Shown one piece after another: positions 9,705-17,608 of a stretch of DNA of 64,000 nt. A model generated the notes under the pieces. It saw only the letters and a list, made by a program, of their open reading frames with translations, ran no database searches and was not told the DNA's origin. The stretch is from Bacteroides sp. GTDB lineage: Bacteria; Bacteroidota; Bacteroidia; Bacteroidales; Bacteroidaceae. The stretch spans positions 3,992 through 67,991 of the forward strand of contig JASLDF010000129.1 in NCBI GenBank assembly GCA_030151635.1, given 5' to 3'. Numbering within the stretch: the stretch's first letter is position 1; every line of letters begins with the position of its first letter. The position numbers and the translations under genes are program-made.

Positions 9705-11192
9705 ATGCACAAGCTCTTCAATACACTCATACTATTCTTCATATTAAATGTCTCATTATTAAATGCTCAAAATAATAGTAAGACAGATGTTAGGGCGGCA
9801 TGGCTCACCACAGCCTACCGATTAGACTGGCCTCAAACATTAATTCGATCCGAGAAAGATGTAATAAAACAAAAACAAGAGCTTACTGAGATTTTAGATC
9901 AACTAATGGATGCAAACTTTAATACCATCCTATTTCAAGTGCGACACAAAGGAACAGTCTTGTACCCTTCCAAAATTGAACCATACAGCAGAATGCTAAT
10001 GACAAATGGGAATATAACTCCTCTATACGACCCCCTTCTATTTGCAATTGAAGAGTGTCATAAAAGAGGAATGGAGTGTCATGCTTGGCTAGTAACACTT
10101 CCTGCTGATGATCTATCTCAAAATGACTTGAAAAGATACCCAAATAAGAACAGACAATTCATTACCTATAATAAGAAAAGATTTTTGGACCCTAGTTCAA
10201 GTAAAACGCCTCTATACCTTGGAAGTATTGCACATGAAATTGTAACAAATTACGACATTGACGGTATTCACCTTGATTACATTAGATATCCTGAGAATAT
10301 TGCAGACTTAAGAGACAATACAAAATACAAACAATCAAAGACACAGCTATCAATTGAAGACTGGCGACGTAATAACATCACCAATATTGTGCAACACATC
10401 TATAATGAGGTGAAGAAATTAAAACCCTGGGTAAAAGTTAGCAGTAGCCCCGTAGGAAAATTTAGTGACACCAATCGCTATTCTGCCAAAGGTTGGAATG
10501 CCTATAATGCAGTATATCAAGATGTATTTAAATGGATGGAACTAGGTATACAAGACCAAATATATCCGATGATGTATTTTCAAGGAAACAACTTCTATCC
10601 TTTCGCACTAGATTGGAATGAAAATAAGCACAACACACAAGTTATTCCAGGCTTAGGTATTTATTTTCTGGAAGATGCTTCTCGCAATTGGAGCATTGAA
10701 GAGGTGCAACGCCAAATTCAATTTTCAATTGATAATCAACTAGATGGATTGGCGTACTTTAGAGTGGAATTTCTTTTAAAAGATGCTAAAGGTGTATTTA
10801 GTAGTCTTAAAAACAACCACTATAAATATCCGGCATTGCAACATGCAAATCTTATAGTTGAAAATAAAACACCAAATAGTCCGCAAAACTTAGCAGTAAA
10901 AATAAATAAAACACAAGCTACAATTAGTTGGGATATCCCCACCAACGAAGACAATACACAAAGAGTACTGTACAATGTCTATGCAAGCAACACCTATCCT
11001 GTTGATATTTCTAAAAGTGATAATTTGCTAGAAACCTATTTAGAAGGAAATAGTTTTGTGTATATACCAATGATTCCCAGTAGCCATTATAAATTCTATG
11101 CAGTAACCGCAATCAATCAGTACCATATTGAGAGTGAAGCTACTCAATTAAAGTCCAAGCAAGATATTGAGATTCTCGAGACAGTGCACTAA
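9705..11192 (+). CDS. Second GHL10 (YddW-type) glycoside hydrolase with C-terminal FN3-like domain
   Basis: VRAAWLTT..LDWP, FQVR, ECHAWL, YDIDGIHLDYIRYP; signal peptide. Confidence 0.9.
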   Translation: MHKLFNTLILFFILNVSLLNAQNNSKTDVRAAWLTTAYRLDWPQTLIRSEKDVIKQKQELTEILDQLMDANFNTILFQVRHKGTVLYPSKIEPYSRMLMTNGNITPLYDPLLFAIEECHKRGMECHAWLVTLPADDLSQNDLKRYPNKNRQFITYNKKRFLDPSSSKTPLYLGSIAHEIVTNYDIDGIHLDYIRYPENIADLRDNTKYKQSKTQLSIEDWRRNNITNIVQHIYNEVKKLKPWVKVSSSPVGKFSDTNRYSAKGWNAYNAVYQDVFKWMELGIQDQIYPMMYFQGNNFYPFALDWNENKHNTQVIPGLGIYFLEDASRNWSIEEVQRQIQFSIDNQLDGLAYFRVEFLLKDAKGVFSSLKNNHYKYPALQHANLIVENKTPNSPQNLAVKINKTQATISWDIPTNEDNTQRVLYNVYASNTYPVDISKSDNLLETYLEGNSFVYIPMIPSSHYKFYAVTAINQYHIESEATQLKSKQDIEILETVH

Positions 11193-12321
11193 GTGCTAAG
11201 TACCCCGACTCTATTACTCCATTTTTCACAACTAATGGGTATTTTTTTTCAAACTCGGCATGCTTGTTCATTAATGTACTGGTCTTTTTGGAAAAATCGA
11301 TTTGGTAACTCCCCTTTCTGTTCGGAGAAACATATCGACTATAAAAAGCATGAGAAACCAATCCCATATTCATTCGTAAATTAATCTCTACACAAGGGTG
11401 AAGACGAAAAATAGGTTCGTCTTCAAACTTACACACCATCATATCTACCCCTAAAGGACCCGTATAATGTGGAGATACTGTGTTTAAAAGTAATGGAGCT
11501 AAAACGTGTCTTGTTCGTTGCATAAACTGATGCTCAAAATACTTATAATTCAGTTCGTCTTCAAAAAGGTCATCGCTTAGTAAATTGTTCCCTATATATG
11601 CCCCATTTATACTTGTATTAAAAGATGAATAGCCTACAAAATGAATGGTATGTTCTGCAGAAATATAAAACTCCATTGCAAAGTCTGACACCTTATTATA
11701 TACGGGTTCAACAATTACAGACTCTTGATTATCAATCACTCGAGAACACCAGTTAAGCGTAGCAACATCTACTGCTCCTTTAGACCATTTCAAACCTTTA
11801 CCACTACCAGAATACGGTGCTTTCAGCAAAATATGCCCCAACTTCGATGCAATACTCTTTAAATCATCCAAATGACTCAGTACAAAAGAGAATCCACATA
11901 GTTGAGTTGATTTCGGTATAGCTTGCAACAACTTGACACCCGTAGATCGATGCGTTAACGTTCTAATATTATCCACCTCACTATCAGATAAAAGAGCCTC
12001 ATCTTTACAGCCCAATAAGCGCATTCTTTTAAGCAAAGCTTTATTCCACCCCCAAGGAGATAGCTTAAAGTCAGACAATTTTTCTACTTCAGGAAAAGTA
12101 ATCAAAGAAGAAGTAATCGGGAATATAGACTTCATCTTCTCTAGGTAACTTGCATTTGGGTGAGATTTACCCAACACATAGGAATCAGGATCGGCATACC
12201 AAATCGGTAATAAAGCCAGATCTGTTTCTAATAGCTGGGCAGATTTTGGCGACATATAGTTTTCGTCGTTATTTGCCAGAGCTAAATCATTATCAGGGTT
12301 AAAAAGATATAATTTATGCAT
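11140..12321 (-). CDS. ATP-grasp-fold hypothetical protein
   Basis: LLKAPYSGSGKG, VIVEP, GVDMM and CVEINLRMNMG (ExN) are typical of ATP-grasp ligases. Confidence 0.7.
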   Translation of the reverse strand: MHKLYLFNPDNDLALANNDENYMSPKSAQLLETDLALLPIWYADPDSYVLGKSHPNASYLEKMKSIFPITSSLITFPEVEKLSDFKLSPWGWNKALLKRMRLLGCKDEALLSDSEVDNIRTLTHRSTGVKLLQAIPKSTQLCGFSFVLSHLDDLKSIASKLGHILLKAPYSGSGKGLKWSKGAVDVATLNWCSRVIDNQESVIVEPVYNKVSDFAMEFYISAEHTIHFVGYSSFNTSINGAYIGNNLLSDDLFEDELNYKYFEHQFMQRTRHVLAPLLLNTVSPHYTGPLGVDMMVCKFEDEPIFRLHPCVEINLRMNMGLVSHAFYSRYVSPNRKGSYQIDFSKKTSTLMNKHAEFEKKYPLVVKNGVIESGYLALSALSRESQYLAWTLIE

Positions 12322-12512
12322 TGAGAAGAGAGTATCATATTTACATTTGAAATGTAAAAATAGTGCTTATTTAACAACAACTAGCCCTTCAAACTAAGAA
12401 TTCCTAACTTTTTGCACACTATCGTTGTTAACTAAATCAATTTAACGATTTTAGCAAGGTCAAATAAAATGTAATTTTGCTAACTCTACTTTGCAATAAC
12501 TAAAAATAAGTC

Positions 12513-12520
12513 TATATTTG
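12513..12520 (+). promoter_or_regulatory. -7 promoter element for the AAA ATPase-nifJ unit
   Basis: TATATTTG 26 nt upstream of the ATG. Confidence 0.6.
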
Positions 12521-12546
12521 CTATTCGTAAAATAGAAAAAAAGCGC

Positions 12547-13728
12547 ATGGAATCATTCTATCGTACACATGCCTACTTAATCGAACACATCAACGCTCCT
12601 GTACGAAGAGACTTGATGGATGAAATCGATTGGAACGACCGCCTTATAGGAATTAAAGGGTCTCGAGGAGTAGGTAAAACCACATTTTTACTTCAATACG
12701 CCAAAGAAAAATTTGGCTCAGATCGTTCATGTCTATATATAAACATGAACAATTTCTATTTTGCAGGAAATACACTGGTTGACTTTGCATACGAATTTCA
12801 AAAACAAGGAGGTAAAGTCCTACTCATAGACCAGGTTTTCAAATATGATGATTGGAGTAAAGAACTCCGAATCTGTTTTGAAAGATTTCCCAACCTTAAG
12901 ATTGTCTTTACAGGATCTTCTGTAATGCGCTTAAAATACGAAAACTCGGAACTACGAGAAATTGTAAAAAGCTATAATCTTAGAGGATTCTCTTTCCGAG
13001 AATTCTTAAATTACCAAACAGGGATGAAATTCCAATCCTATTCACTAGAAGAAATCATTACTTCGCACGAGAAAATTGCGAAAGGAATTGTTAGTAAGGT
13101 TAAACCCTTAGACTATTTTCAAGATTATCTTCATCACGGTTTTTACCCGTTCTTCTTAGAGAAAAGAAACTTCTCTGAAAACTTACTGAAGACAATGAAT
13201 ATGATGATTGAGGTAGACATCCTTCTGATTAAACAAATTGAACTGAAATACTTAACTAAAATAAAAAAACTTCTATATGCACTAGCTGTAGAAGGCCCTA
13301 AAGCTCCTAATGTTAGCAAGTTGGCTACTGATATTCAAACTTCAAGAGCCACAATTATGAACTACATTAAATACCTTACAGATGCACGACTATTAAATAT
13401 GGTCTATTCTAAAGGGGAGTCGTTTCCAAAGAAGCCTTCTAAAGTCATGATGCATAATACAAGCTTAATGTACTGTATCCAACCAATGGAAGCAAGTACG
13501 CAAGATATTTTGGAAACTTTTTTCGTGAACAGCATGTGGAAAGACCACGCTGTGAACAAAGGTAACGGTAAGCAGGTTTCTTACCTTATTGATGAAACAA
13601 GACCATTTAAAATCTGCTCGAAAAAGCAGATGGTAAAGAACAATCCGGGTGTTACTTATGCGGTACACCAAATGGAGGTTGGGCTTAATAATCAGATTCC
13701 ACTTTGGTTATTGGGCTTCTTATATTAA
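12547..13728 (+). CDS. AAA_14-family ATP-binding protein with winged-helix-like segment
   Basis: Walker A GSRGVGKTT; Walker B LLIDQ; TGSS, LRGFSFREFL and GFYP family motifs. Confidence 0.88.
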   Translation: MESFYRTHAYLIEHINAPVRRDLMDEIDWNDRLIGIKGSRGVGKTTFLLQYAKEKFGSDRSCLYINMNNFYFAGNTLVDFAYEFQKQGGKVLLIDQVFKYDDWSKELRICFERFPNLKIVFTGSSVMRLKYENSELREIVKSYNLRGFSFREFLNYQTGMKFQSYSLEEIITSHEKIAKGIVSKVKPLDYFQDYLHHGFYPFFLEKRNFSENLLKTMNMMIEVDILLIKQIELKYLTKIKKLLYALAVEGPKAPNVSKLATDIQTSRATIMNYIKYLTDARLLNMVYSKGESFPKKPSKVMMHNTSLMYCIQPMEASTQDILETFFVNSMWKDHAVNKGNGKQVSYLIDETRPFKICSKKQMVKNNPGVTYAVHQMEVGLNNQIPLWLLGFLY

Positions 13729-13755
13729 TAAATTTTTCACTTAACAATAATAGTT

Positions 13756-16700
13756 ATGACTAAACAGAAGAAATTCATTACATGTGATGGAAATCAAGCT
13801 GCTGCACATATTTCATATATGTTCTCTGAAGTAGCTTCAATTTACCCTATCACACCATCTTCTACCATGGCTGAATACGTAGATGAGTGGGCTGCTGCAG
13901 GCCGCAAAAACATCTTCGGAGAAAAAGTCTTGGTACAAGAAATGCAATCAGAAGCTGGTGCTGCTGGTGCACTTCACGGATCACTACAAGCAGGTGCTCT
14001 TTCAACTACATATACAGCATCTCAAGGCTTGTTGTTGATGATACCTAACATGTACAAAATCTCTGGAGAGCTATTGCCATGCGTATTCCACGTATCTGCT
14101 CGTGCTCTTGCAACACATGCACTATCAATTTTTGGTGACCACCAAGACGTGATGGCTGCACGCCAAACAGGTTTTGCTATGCTATTTGAAGGTTCTGTAC
14201 AAGAAGTTATGGACCTTTCTGGTGTTGCTCACCTTGCTACATTGAAGTCTCGCATTCCATTCATGAATATTTTTGATGGTTTCCGTACTTCTCACGAAAT
14301 CCAAAAAGTTGAAGAAATCAGCGCTGAAGAACTTGCTCCATTGATGGATCAAGAAGCTATTGCTGAATTTAGAGAAAGAGCTCTTAATCCACATGCTCCT
14401 GTAGCTCGTGGTATGGCAGAAAACCCAGATGTTTACTTCCAACATAGAGAAGCTGCTAACTCATTCTACGATGACGTTCCTGCTATCGTTGAAGAATACA
14501 TGGAAGAAATCTACAAAATCACAGGTCGTAAATATGGTCTATTTGACTATTACGGTGCTGATGATGCAGAAAACGTAGTTATCGCTATGGGTTCTGTTAC
14601 AGAGGCTGCTAAAGAAGCTGTTGATTTCCTTGTACAACAAGGTAAAAAAGTTGGTTTAGTATGTGTACACTTGTACCGTCCATTCTCAGCTAAACACTTC
14701 CTTTCTGTAATGCCTAAATCGGTTAAAAACATTGCTGTACTTGACCGTACTAAAGAACCTGGTGCAATTGGTGAACCTCTTTACCTAGATGTAAAATCTT
14801 GCTTCTACGAAAAAGAAAATGCTCCTACAATTGTTGGTGGTCGCTTTGGTCTTTCTTCAAAAGATACTACTCCTGCACAAATTATTTCTGTGTTCGAGAA
14901 CCTAGAATTACCAATGCCTAAAAATCAATTTACATTGGGTATTGTTGATGACGTAACATTTACTTCTCTTCCTTTAAAAGAAGAAATCTCTCTTGAAGGT
15001 GATTTATATGAAGCTAAATTCTACGGTTTAGGTGCTGATGGTACTGTTGGTGCTAACAAAAACTCAGTAAAAATTATCGGTGATAACACAGATAAATACT
15101 GTCAAGCATACTTCTCTTATGACTCTAAGAAATCGGGTGGTTTCACATGTTCTCACTTACGTTTTGGTAATACTCCAATCCGTGCGACATACCTTGTTAA
15201 CACACCTAACTTCGTTGCATGTCACGTTCAAGCGTACTTGAAACTATATGATGTAACAAGAGGTCTTAAGAAAAATGGTACTTTCCTATTGAATACTATT
15301 TGGGATGGTGAAGAGCTAGCTAAGCACTTACCAAACAAAGTTAAAAAAGTATTCGCTCAAAAGAATATTACTGTTTACTCTATCAATGCAACTAAAATTG
15401 CACTAGAAATTGGTCTTGGTAACAGAACAAATACAATCCTTCAATCTGCATTCTTCCGTATCACAGAAGTAATTCCAGTAGATCTAGCTGTAGAACAAAT
15501 GAAGAAATTCATTGTTAAATCTTACGGTAAGAAAGGTGAAGACGTTGTTAATAAAAACTATGCTGCTGTTGATCGTGGTGGTGAATATCACAAACTTACT
15601 GTTGACCCAGCTTGGGCTAATCTTCCAGCTGAAGAAGGCGAAAAGAATAACGACCCTGCATTTATCAACGAAGTAGTTCGTCCAATCAATGCACAAGACG
15701 GTGACCTTCTTCCAGTATCTACTTTCAAAGGTATTGAAGATGGTACATGGCAACAAGGTACTGCTAAGTACGAAAAACGTGGTGTAGCTGCATTCGTTCC
15801 AGAATGGAATGAAGAAAACTGTATCCAATGTAACAAGTGTGCTTACGTTTGTCCTCACGCAACTATTCGTCCATTTGTTCTTGATGAAGAAGAACAAAAA
15901 GGCGCTAACTTCAACATGTTGAAAGCGGTAGGTAAACAATTCGATGGCATGACTTTCCGTATGCAAGTTGACGTTCTAGACTGTCTAGGCTGTAGCAACT
16001 GTGTAGATGTTTGTCCAGGTAAGAAAGGTAACAAAGCACTTGCTATGAAACCAATCGAAACTCAAATGGAACAAGCTGCTAACTGGGACTACTGTGCAGA
16101 TACAGTTAAGACTAAACAACACCTTGTAAATGTTTCTGCAAATGTGAAGAACTCACAATTTGCAACTCCACTATTTGAGTTCTCTGGAGCTTGTTCTGGT
16201 TGTGGTGAAACTCCTTACGTTAAATTGATTACTCAATTGTTTGGTGATCGCCAAATGGTAGCGAACGCAACTGGTTGTTCTTCTATCTACTCTGGTTCTG
16301 TTCCTTCAACTCCATATACAACTAACGAAGACGGTGAAGGTCCAGCATGGGCTAACTCTCTTTTCGAAGACTTCTGTGAATTCGGTATGGGTATGGAACT
16401 TGCTAGTGATTCACTTCGTACTCGTCTAGAAAACTTAATGAAAGAAGCTCAAAGCTGTGATAAATGCTCTTCTGAACTTAAAGCTCTATTCGTAGAATGG
16501 ATTGAAAATAAAAATAACGCTGAGAAAACTAAAGAACTTTACAAAACAATTACTCCATTGGTTGAAGCTTGTGGTTGTGATATCTGTAAACAAATCTTTA
16601 GCCTAAAACAATACATCGTGAAACGTTCACAATGGATTATTGGTGGTGACGGTGCATCTTATGATATCGGTTTTGGTGGTCTTGATCACGTTATTGCAAG

Positions 16701-17301
16701 TGGTAAAGATATCAACATCATGGTTCTTGATACTGAGGTTTATTCAAATACTGGTGGTCAATCTTCAAAAGCAACTCCTCTAGGAGCTATTGCGAAATTT
16801 GCTGCAAGTGGTAAACGTGTACGCAAGAAAGACCTTGGTTTGATGGCTACTACTTATGGTTATGTATATGTTGCACAAATCGCTATTGGTGCTGACCAAG
16901 CTCAAACACTAAAAGCAATTCGCGAAGCAGAAGCATATCCAGGTCCATCATTGATTATTGCTTACTCACCATGTATTAGCCACGGTTTGAAAGCTGGTAT
17001 GGGTAAAACTCAACAAGAACAAGCTGACGCTGTTGCTTGTGGATACTGGCACCTATGGAGATTCAACCCAGAGCTAGAAGCTGAAGGTAAGAATCCATTT
17101 ATCCTAGATTCAAAAGCTCCAGACTTGGAGAAATTCGAAGACTTCTTGAAAGGTGAAGTTCGTTACACTTCTGTAATGAAACAATTCCCAGTAGAAGCTA
17201 AAGAATTATTTGCTGAATCTAAGAGAAATGCTGCTTGGAAATACAATAATTACAAGCGTCTTGCAAGCATGAGTTATGATGATGCTGCAACAGAAGCTTA
17301 A
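13756..17301 (+). CDS. nifJ: Pyruvate:ferredoxin (flavodoxin) oxidoreductase
   Basis: YPITPSS, MQSEAGAAG, two CxxCxxCxxxCP ferredoxin motifs, GACSGCGE, GGDG..YDIG TPP motif, EVYSNTGGQ; strongly biased codon usage. Confidence 0.98.
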   Translation: MTKQKKFITCDGNQAAAHISYMFSEVASIYPITPSSTMAEYVDEWAAAGRKNIFGEKVLVQEMQSEAGAAGALHGSLQAGALSTTYTASQGLLLMIPNMYKISGELLPCVFHVSARALATHALSIFGDHQDVMAARQTGFAMLFEGSVQEVMDLSGVAHLATLKSRIPFMNIFDGFRTSHEIQKVEEISAEELAPLMDQEAIAEFRERALNPHAPVARGMAENPDVYFQHREAANSFYDDVPAIVEEYMEEIYKITGRKYGLFDYYGADDAENVVIAMGSVTEAAKEAVDFLVQQGKKVGLVCVHLYRPFSAKHFLSVMPKSVKNIAVLDRTKEPGAIGEPLYLDVKSCFYEKENAPTIVGGRFGLSSKDTTPAQIISVFENLELPMPKNQFTLGIVDDVTFTSLPLKEEISLEGDLYEAKFYGLGADGTVGANKNSVKIIGDNTDKYCQAYFSYDSKKSGGFTCSHLRFGNTPIRATYLVNTPNFVACHVQAYLKLYDVTRGLKKNGTFLLNTIWDGEELAKHLPNKVKKVFAQKNITVYSINATKIALEIGLGNRTNTILQSAFFRITEVIPVDLAVEQMKKFIVKSYGKKGEDVVNKNYAAVDRGGEYHKLTVDPAWANLPAEEGEKNNDPAFINEVVRPINAQDGDLLPVSTFKGIEDGTWQQGTAKYEKRGVAAFVPEWNEENCIQCNKCAYVCPHATIRPFVLDEEEQKGANFNMLKAVGKQFDGMTFRMQVDVLDCLGCSNCVDVCPGKKGNKALAMKPIETQMEQAANWDYCADTVKTKQHLVNVSANVKNSQFATPLFEFSGACSGCGETPYVKLITQLFGDRQMVANATGCSSIYSGSVPSTPYTTNEDGEGPAWANSLFEDFCEFGMGMELASDSLRTRLENLMKEAQSCDKCSSELKALFVEWIENKNNAEKTKELYKTITPLVEACGCDICKQIFSLKQYIVKRSQWIIGGDGASYDIGFGGLDHVIASGKDINIMVLDTEVYSNTGGQSSKATPLGAIAKFAASGKRVRKKDLGLMATTYGYVYVAQIAIGADQAQTLKAIREAEAYPGPSLIIAYSPCISHGLKAGMGKTQQEQADAVACGYWHLWRFNPELEAEGKNPFILDSKAPDLEKFEDFLKGEVRYTSVMKQFPVEAKELFAESKRNAAWKYNNYKRLASMSYDDAATEA

Positions 17302-17323
17302 TTAGAAACTTCTATATAACATT

Positions 17324-17360
17324 AAAGGGTCAGTCTCAATTGAGACTGACCCTTTTTTTT
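17324..17360 (+). terminator. Intrinsic terminator of nifJ
   Basis: Perfect 32-bp palindrome AAAGGGTCAGTCTCAA|TTGAGACTGACCCTTT followed by a T-tract. Confidence 0.9.
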
Positions 17361-17424
17361 GACACAGAATGATTACAAAGTATAAGCAATTTATACAAGT
17401 TATAAACAGTACATAAAAACAAAT

Positions 17425-17458
17425 AAACCCTTTCTAGCACATCAGCTAAAAAGGGTTT
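17425..17458 (-). terminator. Probable terminator of the GSCFA-alr-small ORF unit
   Basis: AAACCCTTTCTAGC...GCTAAAAAGGGTTT stem with a T-rich tail on the minus strand. Confidence 0.65.
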
Positions 17459-17479
17459 TATAAATAGTAAATACACCAG

Positions 17480-17608
17480 CTATTTCTTAAACAAGCGATT
17501 TAAAAGAGTCTTTAGTGGTTTTAATCCAACAATTAAAAAAATAATTACCAGTAGGAGTAACAACTCATAAACTGAGTGAATAAATGCTGGAATAACAATC
17601 ATAATCAT
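17480..17608 (-). CDS. Unannotated 42-aa single-TM microprotein, TatA/E-like and divergent
   Basis: MIMIVIPAFIHSVYELLLLLVIIFLIVGLKPLKTLLNRLFKK. The ATG overlaps the alr stop (TAATG); E-x12(hydrophobic)-G then an amphipathic helix; followed by a terminator. Confidence 0.65.
   Translation of the reverse strand: MIMIVIPAFIHSVYELLLLLVIIFLIVGLKPLKTLLNRLFKK

Noticed and set aside
15484..15966. Long antisense ORFs inside nifJ, and similar ones in secA, groL, recQ and uvrA
   Set aside because: Shadow ORFs expected from the codon bias of the real genes; no motifs or expression signals.
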